Source: Vicugna vicugna
Taxonomy: Eukaryota
Assembly: GCA_013265495.1 (NCBI GenBank)
Contig: MU063682.1
Coordinates: forward strand, 434,001-498,000
DNA: 64,000 nt
Direction of reading: 5' to 3'
The notes below the pieces were generated by a model. The model was not told the origin of the DNA and searched no databases. It worked only from the letters and a program-made list of their open reading frames with translations. The translations under genes were made by a program, and so were the position numbers. Position 1 is the first letter of the stretch; each line of letters opens with the position of its first letter. Positions 22,031-34,760 of the stretch are shown piece by piece.

Positions 22031-24709
22031 CATTATTCCTGCCACAGTTCGGGAGAACGGGAGATCCGTGAGAAATGTGCCAGTAGAAGGGTCTCTTCTC
22101 ATCTAATGCAGGATGAAAACAAGGAGGTTAACCTAATACTTGTCAACATTTTTAACCCTGTGGTGTAAGCAAGGGTTTTGCCCACTGGGCAAAACTCTTG
22201 ACATTTAAACCTACCACACGCCTGTGAAAACGGCCTGCATATGCTGCAGGGGCAAGAAACTGACAGGACGGCCACTTGTTTCAGAGAAAGAAAGGCCAGC
22301 TGTCTGGGGGGTGGCTCTGGGTAATACACATCACAGCCCGAGAACACTGTTTCTTCCCTGCCTGAAACACTCTCTGACATTTTCCAGCCTTAATTCAAAG
22401 GTTTCTTTCTTTGTCAAGTTCCAAATAGGAGCAGATTATTTGTTGTTAAACAATGTAGAGCATTTAAGCATGATTAACATGACTCAGTAACTTTTCATCA
22501 TCTTCATGAAGGTTCTAAGGGCTTGCGGACAGCTCTGGGAAATAGGACTTTTTTTTCAGATTTCCACTGTAAATAGTGCCTGACCAGTGGCCTCTGCCTT
22601 CCAAGGCCTAATGAAGGCAGCAGGGTATAGGACAGAACTTCTGCCTTCATTAACTAAGGAATCCTGTGCTGGGAAACTGCCTTCCATGACCCCTCACACC
22701 TAAACCAGCAGAGCCCATTCACATCCACTGGGACGCCAGTGGTCAGGGCTCAAAGGCCCTCCTCGGCTCACTCTGAGAGAGACAACGTGGAGGGTGTCAC
22801 TTTCGGCACTTTTCCCTCCATGAGAAGGAGGACACTTTAGTGAATCAATTTGTGCTTGGAAATATATTCCAGGAGTTGACAGATCTAAGAATTAGAATAA
22901 TAGCCCCCCAAAGTATCATGTAATTCTGAAGCTGGAATGCAACTGAGAGGATACCTAGCCGCAAGTTTTTACTCAGTGGAGGGCGAAACTGGGCACTGAG
23001 GCTGGCTGACTTGTTTAAAGCCTTCGAGTTGCCTGGGGGCCACGCTGGGATTAGAAGGAGGACCTTCTGCATCTGTCCCAGTCCTAGATAGAGATCCTTC
23101 AAATGTGGCTACTGATACACGTTATGAACCAATAAACCCTTCCAGAAGACGGACCTAAGAGACTCCCACAGCCACACGTAAAAAAGCTGTCATTGCATAT
23201 TTTCCATGGCATATTTTATACAGTATTCTTATCCACTCTCACTTTTCCAACAGTAAATTCTGGTCACAGCTTAAATATACTTGAAATGATGCCACACGGT
23301 TTGGAGAAATCTTCTTGATCTGGAGGAACAGTGAGTTTGTGTTTAAATGTATGCTTGTACTCGACTCGACATACTCGACTCAATCCAGGCTGGGTGCTAC
23401 CCCATGCTCAATTAACATCTGCTTCTAGCATTTTCTGAAAAACAGCTGGAGGAAAATGATAGTCCAGTTACATGCATTTGTGCAGAGTCACAGCACTCTT
23501 TCGTTCAGTTAAAAGGTAACGCTGGATGAAGGACAGAGTACATGGTTTCATTTTATGTGGATTTCAAGCAGCGGGCTAATGATTTTCATTCCTCAGATGT
23601 GGATGACATTTCCGCATTGATTCAAACACGCTTGATTCATCTACCTTGGTTTGTGAGAAAGTTTCCACTCTAAAAATGAAACTTTAAAAAACTGAACATA
23701 TACTTCAGTGCTGCAGTGACCAGTAAAATATTGACGCACACTGTTCAACAAAACCATTTCCCAGCCGTACATCACTTTCTGTTTGGGTCCTGCTCAACTG
23801 TTTCAAAGTTCATTTTTACAGTGTTCAGGGATAATAGCGACCGTATCATTCACAGGAGCCATGTCCAGTCAATTTCTGCAGAGAGTAAATGGAATTTTCC
23901 CAAATAGATTAAGTTTTAGTGGAGAGAACAAAGACCTCCTGAGGTTACTATTTCTGAAACAAAATGGCCAGAAATTAAGTTTAGATAATTTCAAGGGATA
24001 TTTTTCAAGTGTGACTGGCTCAGAATGGGAGGCCCACCATCTTAAACATGACATTTTTTAAAGCCCCCAGAAGCAGCAAGCAGAAAAAGAAGACGGAAAC
24101 AGCCAAGATTCCTACATCATCGTAAAAGTCCTTCTGACACAATGGCCGTGAGGCGCAAGACTCGGTCCCCGCAGCCTGTCCTCAGTCGCCCACCGCCACC
24201 AGACGATATGCTCCTTCTCGCTAGCAAAGGTTTCAGGTGCCTCCCACCTCTCTCTTTGGAAGCCTAAACTTAATTTTATCCATCTTTATGACTATCTTTT
24301 TCAAACAAAGATACCTTTTTCCTAACAAGAAAACAGTTCATTTTATTAATGTTATGAGCATCCTCTCAAGCCCTTGTGCTTTATATTTGTAGTTTTTTTC
24401 TGTTTCTTCTGTGATACAAGTATTGGCTTCTGGCTGTTGTTGGAATGTGTGCTGCGTGTTTCCAAACGCGTTACCCTGACAACCCAGAGAGAATGGGCTC
24501 AGCGAGGGGGTCTCCGGGAGACTGACAACAGCACAGCGCTTAGACCCGCTCTCATGCTTCTTGGTTCTTGACGATGTTCCAATTTGTTCTGAACAGCAAC
24601 TAAGCGAGTGTGCCCTTATATGATGCTGGTGACCCACCCAGCATTAAGTCCCTCTGGTCTGACTGTGAGGCAACGGAGAAGGCAGCAGAGATGCTGAAGG
24701 GGCAAAAAC

Positions 24710-24870
24710 ATGGGCTCTGGTGAACTCGGGCAAAAAGCAAGCACTGTAGCCTCAGTTCCCCCAACTGTAAAAGGAAGGTACGTTTGCACCTATCTCAGAA
24801 GGTTGTTAGGATTAAACAGTGTTAAGTGCTTGGAGCAGTGCCTGAAACCGAGTCACTCAATAAACAACAG
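24710..24870 (+). mobile_element. MIR
   Basis: gcctcagttccccaactgtaaaagg...acctatctcagaaggttgttaggattaaa...agtgcttggagcagtgcctg...cactcaataaac. Confidence 0.8.
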
Positions 24871-26814
24871 CTGCTGGTGCCCATGGCGGGGGTGGGGGGG
24901 TTGTCGTTGGGGGAGCGGTGGGGGCTGCCGATTGTAAGTAGTATCTGAGCCTTTGTTAATTCTTTCAGTGGCAAGATGGTCAACAAAAATCCCACTAAGG
25001 CAGATCACTTTGGCCCCATGTCAGACAGGCCCACAAGTAAAACACCATGGGAATTTTTAATGCTATAAGAACAAGGGGGGTGGGGAATTTTGGTAGTGTG
25101 AAATTAGTAACTAACCCCTGTCCCAAACTCTCTTATTTAAACCTTGAACCAAGGATGTACAATTCTTGTAAGACGGTGGTCTGTTTTAGAAAGTGGAAAG
25201 CATAATGTTTAAGCACAGGGGATCAAACTGGCCTGCTTTGATGGAGTCCTTCCCGATACAAGGACATATTAACCATACTTCAAGCTTTCCCACGGCACTA
25301 TGCTAATGCACGTTCAATGTTACGTTCCTGCAACCCTCCCAGCAATTCCATTCTCAGTTCCTATTTTAAACTCATTGTATTTATACGACTGTTCCTTTCT
25401 CAATAAAGACTCCTTTAAAGTGAAGTATATAAACTTACACATATCATGTATGCATTATGAATTTTATTTATCTGGATTTATATAATTTACAGGTATTTTC
25501 ATTTAATGTAAAAAAGGCTTGGGAGGTGAAAAAATTCAGATCCCTTAATCNNNNNNNNNNNNNNNNNNNNNNNNNNNNNNNNNNNNNNNNNNNNNNNNNN
25601 NNNNNNNNNNNNNNNNNNNNNNNNNNNNNNNNNNNNNNNNNNNNNNNNNNNNNNNNNNNNNNNNNNNNNNNNNNNNNNNNNNNNNNNNNNNNNNNNNNNN
25701 NNNNNNNNNNNNNNNNNNNNNNNNNNNNNNNNNNNNNNCCACAGTGGAATGTGCTTCCAGCACGAGGCCAGTGGCATTAAGTGCCTGCCTCTCATAAACA
25801 AAGCAAGTTGGTTAATGGTCATTTTATGGTCCACATATTACCCAGAAAATCTATTACAGTGTGGTGTAGTCAACCTGATCTGAGATGATTTGGGGGTACT
25901 AAGCACAGTGGGAACCTTCCTGTAATAGATTAATGGATCAACTTATTTATTTCAAATTTGTTCTTTTCAAGTTGAAGAACCACTAAAGACTTTCCAAGCA
26001 ATCAGCTCAATAACCACAGGGCGGGGCAGTCACGCTGGATCTGTAGATCTCGGCCCTTCTACGTCATTGACGGTTCTGGGTCAGCCCTCAGGCTCACCGG
26101 CGGCACTGGAGGGGGCCGACCAAGGCACACACCTGGCTTATCTCCTCCGGGGTACATGTCGACCAAAGTCTCGGGCTACCTTAAGTTCAAAAGTACCGCC
26201 GGGCTTCACTTTTTCTTAAACACAAACCCAAAGTTAAACAGTTCAAATAACAAAAAAGAAAGGATTCCATTTAAATGAGAAAGTCAAGGCCACTCTCATT
26301 TGTTGATAAGTATTACTTCAAATTTCTCATAAAAATATGTCACTAATTTTAGATCTCACTACCACCCTCTCCCTGAAATTGGGCATTCTCTTTTTAAATG
26401 AGTATCTTTCACACATTGACGCTCCAGCGCAGAGTAACCAAGTATCAGCAGGACAGCAGGTGACAGTGAGATTCAGGAGCCACAGTGATTCCTGGGAGCC
26501 AGGAGTGCCCAGAGAGGACATGCCCTTTACAGTACGGTTCTGACACCTGAGACTGAGAGTGCCTTCCCGCTAACGGTCCCCAAACTCAAGATTTCAAGGA
26601 CTGGGCAAGAGGAAGTTTTATTTTTGCTGAATTTCAAGTCACATTCAATAAGGCTAAAAACTCAATGTTGCTCCTAACATAAGGAAAAACAAGTTTACAA
26701 TGTCTTAGGATTCTTTGCCCTTCTGGTATCCCTTCTAATGACACGGTTGAAAGTGAGAATCTGGAAGCTTTCTGTCAGTCGTCACACTGCTCCTGGGCAG
26801 TGCGATACAGCAGA

Positions 26815-27030
26815 TGAGGACCTGGACTCTGGACACTGACTGCCCAAATTCAAATCCTTGCTGACACTAGCTGTGTGACCTTGGCCAAGTCACTTACCCT
26901 CTCTGTGCCTCAGTTACCTCAAGTGTAAAGGAAACGTAAGAGGGCCAACTTCACAGGGGGTCTGCAAGGATTAAATGGCTTAATAATGCAGAGTACTGAG
27001 AGCAGCATCTAGGAAGTACTATCTGAGTGT
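26815..27030 (+). mobile_element. MIR (near full length)
   Basis: caaattcaaatccttgc...actagctgtgtgaccttggccaagtcacttaccctctctgtgcctcagttacctcaagtgtaaa...aaggattaaatgg. Confidence 0.88.
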
Positions 27031-27634
27031 TCACGCGAACTCTGACCTCTGTCACTCTGCACTAGCAGTGCGGCACTGTTGCACTTTCTCGCGTCTGTCT
27101 CATCTGTAAAACAATAATATTTTCCACAGCGTGGCTAAGTAACAATGCCTGTAATGTGTGCTTGGCACATAATGAGTGCTCCACCTGCACAGCCATCATC
27201 ATTACATCAGGAACCGAATGCTTGCTCACATTGTTCTCTACTCAGTGCAAAAATCTTTGTGCTTGAATAAACAATATGCCATAAGCTTATTCAAGATACA
27301 AACCCTAGGCCATTCCAATTTGTGGGTGTTAATTCAAAAATTTCAAAAATATACAGTACTATTTTTGGAACTGTATTTCACCAAGGAATCTCTCTTACGT
27401 TTTGTTCCCCCACGACACCACTGCCGTGAATCAACAAAAAATACTCAGTGGCTACTTGCAAACGGATAATTGTAAAATCAAACTGCAGTGCATTTTGTTT
27501 AAGGTATTACTTCTGCTTTCATTATCAGGTTACATTTATAGCAGACTCCAACTCAAAAAACACTGTCTCCTGACTCTAGCACCTGGGGGTTAGACTTGGT
27601 CTTAAGCTAACAGGTACTTGTGCTGACAAGAATC

Positions 27635-27800
27635 CTAGGACTCAGAGCTAGAAGGAACCCAACCCCTTTACCTTACTGATGGACGGAAGCCAAGTGGCAG
27701 TAGGTGGTAGGCCCAAGGTCACGTCATTACTAAGGGCAGAGGCAGGGCAAGGAGCTTGCTTTTTGCTTCCGGCTCCAAGGTCATCTTTTCTCCAACTACA
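27635..27800 (-). mobile_element. MIR
   Basis: ttactgatggacggaagccaag...gcccaaggtcacgtcattactaagggcagaggcaggg is a reverse-strand MIR. Confidence 0.6.
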
Positions 27801-28419
27801 TTACAGGGCTCCCCAGTGCAAACATTCTCTTTGTGAATCTAGGGCTTACGCTGTCTTCGACGCCAGTCACTACTCCGTCTTTAACCGCAGGAGACATCTA
27901 CACACACACACGCACACAGGCGCGGTGCGACGAGGGACTCCACGACAGAAAGCAGACCGCGCAGTCAGTCCTCTGCTGGGACGTGGGAAGTCTAGATTTT
28001 AAAATGTTTCATGATACTTAATTCAGTGTATATTCATTACTATTTTAATATCTTGCTTTTTTTTTTAAGTTTTATTGCCCTCAAAACATTTTAGAGAAAG
28101 ATGTTTCTTGTACTTATCTTTCAGGATAACAGAATCATAGTCAAAAGGGTAGAGCTTTTGGGAGAAGTCGCACAATTTCTAGGGTGCCCAGGGAGGAATG
28201 GGGCCCCGTGTGCCCATGATTCACCGTCTCCTGTCACGGGCCGCCGCTATGCCAGCCCTGCGGGGACTCGGCAGCGAGTAAGACAGCCCCGACAAACGAC
28301 CAGAGAATGAAGACAAGTTTCTGTTCAGGTGGTGATTCGGGGCTCAGAGGGGTCAGGGGGCGGCAACTTCAACGCAGGTCAGGAAGGCCTCTGAGGCAAC
28401 ATGTGACAGAGCCAGCATC

Positions 28420-29715
28420 ATTTTTGGACTCTCTCTAAATCTCTTCCTGGAAATGAGACAGAACAACTAGAACAGCGAGAGGTGGATGAAATCTTCAGCC
28501 AAACTTGATGTGAAAAATCCCCACAAACCACAGAATACAGGTGGGCAGGACTGCACAGGACGCAGCTGGGAGGCTGGGTGGTGAGAGGGGAGGGGGGCAA
28601 CTGACTGGCCCGAGGGCCACAAAACCCCCAAGCCCCATGAAATACCAATTCCAGAAAGAGGGGTGCCCGGCAGCATGGGGTCTGGCAAGGGCTGGCAACC
28701 GAAATGCCTCCTCTCCGTGTCTGAGTGAGGAAGATCGCAAATCCAGGGGGCTCAAGAGGGCTGCAGAGGGTCAGTCAGTGCTGCCCACCCAGCAAACACT
28801 CCACTCAGAAGGCAGTCTTCTCCTAGGGGCATGTGCTGGGAGCAGCGATCAAGTGCAGCAGGATAGGAGGCCCTGAAAGTTAGAGGGCAGGCCGTCCAGA
28901 GCAAGCGGCGAGCAGCAAGCACAGCATCTAAAAGCCAGGCATCCAGCACCCGTGAAGGCCTGTGGGCATGGTGCTCTGAGAGGCAGAGCAGTGCCCGCGT
29001 CCTTCATGAGATGGAGCGGCCACCCTGGCTGCCATGCCCCCTCCGCAGAACAGGCAGCACATCCCCCACACAGGGACACGACAGAAACGCAACCCTGCCC
29101 GACTCAATACGACAAGAAAAAGGAAGGTGAAATTGAACAGACTGATGGTCCACACCATGAAAAAGTGACCACAAGCAGATAAAAACCGCAACCAATTATT
29201 TCAAGCTGAGCTAAAAAAAATTAAGAAAACAACTAGTGATTTGAAAAAATGGCACAAATCAGAAACAGAAGTTCTTAGAAGTAAGATGGGCAGACAACAA
29301 GAACATAAATAATGAGAACAAAATTCAGTAAAATGAGAGACAAAACCTTTCGAAATACAGGCCAAATTAAAAGAAACATAAGAGCAAAGAGACATCACAG
29401 AAAGCACAGCAAGGGACTGGAGGCCACAGGGAGACAAGCGAGGAGGCAAAAATCAAATGCATCATGTGGCGTTTGTTTGGATGTTGATAAAAAAAAATAA
29501 AAATAAAAACCAAATGTAAAAGGACATTTTCAAGACAACTGGGGAAATGTGAACGTGGGCTGAGGATTACACGCTATGAGGGAATTACTGTTAATTTTGT
29601 TAACTGTGATGATGACATTGTGATTATACCGGGAATGTCCTTATTTTGTAGAAACAAGTACTCAGGAGTAAAATGACATGGTGTCAGAGCTCTGCTTTCA
29701 AACATCACAGCAGTG
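28420..29715 (+). mobile_element. Ancient L1: 5' UTR/ORF1-like part joined to an L1MC/ME-type 3' UTR
   Basis: A GC-rich 5'-UTR-like stretch (28420-29100) precedes an A-rich, coiled-coil-like ORF1 stretch (29180-29450). Then comes aaatgcatcatgtggcgtttgtttggat...aaaggacattttcaagacaactggggaaatgtgaa...ggaattactgttaattttgtta, typical of an L1MC4/ME 3' end. Confidence 0.55.
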
Positions 29716-29929
29716 AGGACAATGTTTTCAAAAGCAAAAAGAAAAAAACAAAGAAAAAAGGATAAAGAAAACATGACCAAATACTGGTGATTTCGGATTT
29801 AGGGGACTGTCCCATGGAGTTCATTCTTCTATTCTCTTCTACGTACACTGGAAACTTGAACGGCGGGGGATGGGGGCTCTGGCCTGTGGAGATCAGGGGA
29901 GACACAGCAGGCAGAAGGAGCCGCGCTGG

Positions 29930-30430
29930 GGCACAAGGTGGGGACGAGCTTGGAAATTTCCAGAACAGGGGGAAAGCCTGCAGCTGGGAGGGGAGGTGGG
30001 GGAGGTGGCAGGAGGTCAAGGCAGGAATGGATGGAGCTGACGCTACAGAACCTAGCAGTGGCAGATGATGCAGGCCTCTGTAGACCAGGAGGAGAGGTTT
30101 GAATTTACTCTGAATGTGATGGGAAGCCACTGGAAGGTTTAATCATCAGGGACACAACTGAACTTACGTTGTAAAAAGACTGCCGATGTGTAGAGGCAAG
30201 AATGGAAGCGGGGAGACCAGTGAGAGGGGTTTGCAGGACTCCAGGTGTGAGATGGGAGCAGCCTGGACTTGGGCCGTATTAATGGTGAGAGAGGGAAGGG
30301 TGGGATTGGAGAGGCAATTTGGAGACGCTGCCTGTGCACTAGACCGAGGGGAGAGAGGAGAGGACGGGAAGAAAGGAGACATTCACTCTTGGATTCTGGT
30401 CATCATAATGATCTGTCTGATCACAGTCTT
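29930..30430 (-). mobile_element. L2
   Basis: tttgaatttactctgaatgtgatgggaagccactggaaggttt...aagaatggaagcggggagaccagtgagagg...ccaggtgtgagatg...gcctggact. Confidence 0.8.
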
Positions 30431-31890
30431 TCCCCAGAAATGAGAAGAAAGTTTCGCAGTTCTCCGTGGTCACCTCCATGCAAAAGGACCCTCTTTCTCT
30501 AAAAGAAAATTTCAAAAGCACTGTCAGATTCAGATCACCATCAGAACTCTGATCTACACGTGCCCTGGCTCAGCACACTCCCTATGCACAGATAAAAAGC
30601 CACAAACACACAGATTCTGCAGGTAAGTGACAGGAGAGCGTTTACTGCGAGGCCAGCTACACTCTTACTTAAAAAAAGAAAATCCTGCGCTGGCAATTGC
30701 TATCTCCTGCCCAACCGTCTCAGTTCTAGTACGGACGTCTAATTGGATTTGTTCCACCACAAGCCTAAAGGTTTCAAATATAAGAGGTTTGAACCAATGA
30801 ATATTTAATTCAGATACTTTTGGAGGAATGAACATTAAAATGATCTATCCTTTCTCCCTACGTGGGAAGTAAGTCAAATTTCATGTTCCAGTTTGTAATT
30901 GGTGCAAGTCCTCAATACAGAAGTAACTTTAGATTTACCAAAAAATGACAGCAGTGACAGGTGTTACTCCTCTATCAAATGCTGGTTTTCAGAGATGCTG
31001 CACTGTAAACAGAGGACAGGAAAGTCAAGGAGGGGTGCCCATGTAGTCAAGGGAGACAGAACAGGAATACGCATGGCAGCCAAGAGCAAACGCTGCCTCC
31101 GGTAATAAGCCCCTCCGAAGCCAGCTCCTCGTCCTGAGGTGATCCGTCCACGTCACCTCCGTGGTGAGTCCTCCCAGCGCCCAGCGCCAGGCACTGCAGG
31201 TGTGGGGGTTCGGCGACACCCACTGAAAGGGTGGGTGGTGCTGTCTTTGCCCTTCTCCTCTGAACTCTCCATGCCTGTGAGCTGAATTAAGAGGCTCAAC
31301 CAGGAGCAGCGCTCCAGGGACACAGGCCAAGGAAGGGCCTGGTGACGCCACGAAAGCTACGGTCTGGACACAAGCAGCCTACAGAGTTTGCTCCATCAGT
31401 CCTGTTCAGAAAATCAAGAACAACCTAGGCAGCAGCCTACAAAGAGCAGAAGTGGGAAACGCACAGTGAAATCACCGTGAGCCTCTCAGGAGAGGGCGGA
31501 GGAAAGGGGTCACCTCCCTGCCCCTGAGGAAGAGGAGGTGCTGTGGGCACCAAGGGGAAGGCTAAGAGGACGAGCCAGATGATAAGAACCTTCTTATCAA
31601 GCAGCAAGTGGGCCACAATGTCTAAAATTTCCCAGATCTTTATCAGGAAAAGAGTAAACAGTTGGGTTACTCCAAATAAAAAGCAGGACCATTAAGAACA
31701 CTTACTTCATTTGTTGTGAAGCATTTAAAAATGATAAAATTAAGCCTTAATATCTGCAAGAAGGAAGATAAGGGATGTTCAAACATCATTAACCCAGTAT
31801 CCACCTTTAGAGGAATTGTAAGGACATCATGTCGTATCATGTCATAATATAATCAACAGCGTACATTTAGAAACGAACTTCATGGCGTGA

Positions 31891-32352
31891 NNNNNNNNNN
31901 NNNNNNNNNNNNNNNNNNNNNNNNNNNNNNNNNNNNNNNNNNNNNNNNNNNNNNNNNNNNNNNNNNNNNNNNNNNNNNNNNNNNNNNNNNNNNNNNNNNN
32001 NNNNNNNNNNNNNNNNNNNNNNNNNNNNNNNNNNNNNNNNNNNNNNNNNNNNNNNNNNNNNNNNNNNNNNNNNNNNNNNNNNNNNNNNNNNNNNNNNNNN
32101 NNNNNNNNNNNNNNNNNNNNNNNNNNNNNNNNNNNNNNNNNNNNNNNNNNNNNNNNNNNNNNNNNNNNNNNNNNNNNNNNNNNNNNNNNNNNNNNNNNNN
32201 NNNNNNNNNNNNNNNNNNNNNNNNNNNNNNNNNNNNNNNNNNAATTAGAAAAGATAAATGCACTCCAATGTTCATTTTAGCAGTTTACAAGAGCCAAGAT
32301 ACAGAAGCAACCTAAGTATCCATCAATAGATGAACAGATAAGAGGATAAAGT

Positions 32353-32395
<43 letters not shown>

Positions 32396-33240
32396 AAGAA
32401 TGCAGTCTTTGCTATTTGCGATGACAAAGATAGACCTAGAGGGTATTATGCTAAATGAAGTAAGTCAGACAGAGAAAGTCAAACGTTATACAATTTCACT
32501 TACATGTGGACCCTAAAAAACAAAACACATGAACAAACAGAAAACAGAAAGAGAATTACAGACACAAAAACAAATAAGTAGTTGTCAGAAGGGAGGATGG
32601 TGGGGGAGAAAAGAGGTGAGGAAGATTAAGAGATACAAACTTTCAGTTGCAAAATAAATAGGTCACAGGTATGAAATGTACAGTGTGGGGAATGCAGTCA
32701 ATAAATATGTAATATCTTTGGTAACACATTGTAACTAGAATTACAGTGCGGATCATTTTGAAATGTACAGAAATATCGAATCGCCATGTCCTAACAGAAA
32801 CTAGCAGTGTTACAGGTCAATTATACTTCAAAAACAAACTCATAAAAAAAAGATCAGATTTGTGATTACCAGAGGCAGGGGATGGGGGAGGGAGAACTAG
32901 ATGAAGGTGGTCCAAAGGTAAAAACTTTCAGTTGTTAAGATAATTAAGTACCAGGTACTCACACATAACTAATGTACAACATGATAAATATAATTAACAC
33001 TGCTGCATGCTCATGCTACATAGGAAAGCTGTTAAGAGAGGAAATCTTAACGGTTCTCACCACAAGGAAAAAATTTTCCTGTTTCTTTAATTTTGTATCT
33101 GTAATGAGATAACAGATGATCACTAAACTTACTGTGATAACACTTCATGATGTATGTAAGTCAAATCATTATGCTGTATACCTTAGACTTACACAGTGCT
33201 GTGTCAATTATATTCCATAAAACTAGAAAAGAAAAAAATT
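31891..33240 (+). mobile_element. LINE-1 3' end (ORF2 C-terminus plus 3' UTR; laurasiatherian/artiodactyl type), left part hidden by Ns
   Basis: The ORF-track frame gives RKDKCTPMFILAVYKSQD (L1 ORF2 KDTCTPMF). The 3' UTR includes gacctagagggtattatgctaaatgaagtaagtcagacagagaaag and ends gtcaattatattccataaaactagaaaag. Confidence 0.92.
32355..32390. repeat. (AC)18 microsatellite
   Basis: A perfect 36-bp AC run inside the L1. Confidence 0.98.
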
Positions 33241-33429
33241 CACAATTTTTTCTAAAATTTATTATGTACTTTTCTGTATTGAAATGTACAGAAGTAATTA
33301 CTATTACAGAATTTATAAAGACCTTAATACAGCAATGAAAGTTCAAACACTCAAATGCTCAGAATAGGAAGATAACTGACACTAATCACAAGTCATCTTC
33401 CTGCCACCAATTTCTATCTGGAAAGTTTC

Positions 33430-34189
33430 TAAACTCTATCAGCACACCTTCTTGCTTCAACAGTTATGTGTCCATCCCCTCTTTCTTCCTTGTGAACCAG
33501 ACACTGACTGTGTCAGGTATCATCCTTAGGGAAGGTGGTCCCACCCCCAGTTTCCTAGTCGGAGGGTAAATTCTCAGTAGTCGGACTCTAAACACATGAG
33601 GGTAGTTCTGGGTCCCTGGGCAATGACCTAGATGTCAAGGGGCATTTGTGTGATATGTGACCTTTTGGCCAACGAAACAGGTGGGGAAATCAGCTGCAGG
33701 GCTTCTGGGAAAGGTTCCTTCTTCTTAACAGGAGGCACCAGAAGGAACATCTCGCCTTCACCTTGTAGGACTGGATGGGCTGCAGCCATCCTGCAACAGT
33801 GAAGGGAGCTGGACCGAGGACAAGGCCCACATGAAAGATGACACCCATGAGCTACCGAACTACTATATTCCGCTGGCTTCTAAGACACATTCTCCCCTCA
33901 CGTTCAACTATCTCTGAAATCAGACGTGTTTTATAAGCAATAGTATGTCATAGTTTAATTGAAAGAGTTTTTTTTAGTGGAATGTAAAATAAGGGTACAT
34001 CTTACAGCTGGTGACATCTTAGATTTGATTAAACATAGCACACCAGAGTACTTTCCCCCCAAGAACTACCCCATCTTGGAACTTCTTGTAATAAACTGTC
34101 TTGCCACAAATAAATTGTCCTACTTTTTAGCTTAGTTTTACTGGGATTTCTGATACTTGTAGAGGAAGGTACCAGGCTTAACTAATATA
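33430..34189 (+). mobile_element. MaLR LTR (MLT1I/J/K-like), interrupted by MER104
   Basis: ggccaacgaaacaggtggggaaatcagctgcagggcttctgggaaaggttcct, gcagccatcctgcaac, and a 3' end ggaacttcttgtaataaa...gggatttctgatacttgtag. Confidence 0.75.
33863..34038. mobile_element. MER104-like TcMar-Tc2 MITE
   Basis: TA|ctatattccgctggcttctaagacac...tctctgaaatcag...tgtcatagtttaattg...catcttacag...catcttagatttgattaaacatag|CA; degenerate terminal inverted repeats and a TA-type target site. Confidence 0.8.
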
Positions 34190-34459
34190 CAGCTGTCCCT
34201 TGGTATCCACAGGGGACTGGTTCCTGGAACCTCCCCTACCCCAATACCANNNNNNNNNNNNNNNNNNNNNNNNNNNNNNNNNNNNNNNNNNNNNNNNNNN
34301 NNNNNNNNNNNNNNNNNNNNNNNNNNNNNNNNNNNNNNNNNNNNNNNNNNNNNNNNNNNNNNNNNNNNNNNNNNNNNNNNNNNNNNNNNNNTTTCTAGAA
34401 TTTTCCCGAGTATTTCTGATCCGCAGTTGGTTGAATCCGCAGATGCAGAGGGCAGACTG
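34190..34459. mobile_element. MER2-like TcMar-Tigger MITE (interior masked by Ns)
   Basis: TA|cagctgtcccttggtatccacaggggactggttcctggaacc...tgatccgcagttggttgaatccgcagatgcagagggcagactg|CA; the ends are inverted repeats. Confidence 0.85.
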
Positions 34460-34639
34460 CACAGATCAACCAGGAATGACTGGGGCTCCCATGTTACACT
34501 GAGCCCACATGCGGATTTCCGTTCTTTTCCACCTGTACCGCTACTAGGCTGAGTTGTTGGTGACCCCAGTCCTTCAGGATGTGTGATAGCCAACCCTGTA
34601 GACAGGGTGTTTAAAGTGAGAAGGGGCCATGGAGATTGC

Positions 34640-34760
34640 TGGATTTAATTACCTAATTTAAAAAATGAGAAAACTCAGGCCCAAAGGGAAGCAATCTGTT
34701 CAAAGGTGCAGAGCCAGTCAATGACAGAATCTGAGTCTTGACTATGTGATCTGGGCTGCC
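34640..34760 (-). mobile_element. MIR
   Basis: aaaaaatgagaaaactcaggcccaaagggaagcaatctgttcaaaggtgcagagccagtc. Confidence 0.7.

Noticed and set aside
30438-30628. Plus-strand exon-like segment ending in a perfect CAG|GTAAGT
   Set aside because: About one such 9-mer is expected by chance in 64 kb, and the segment abuts an L2 with no other support.
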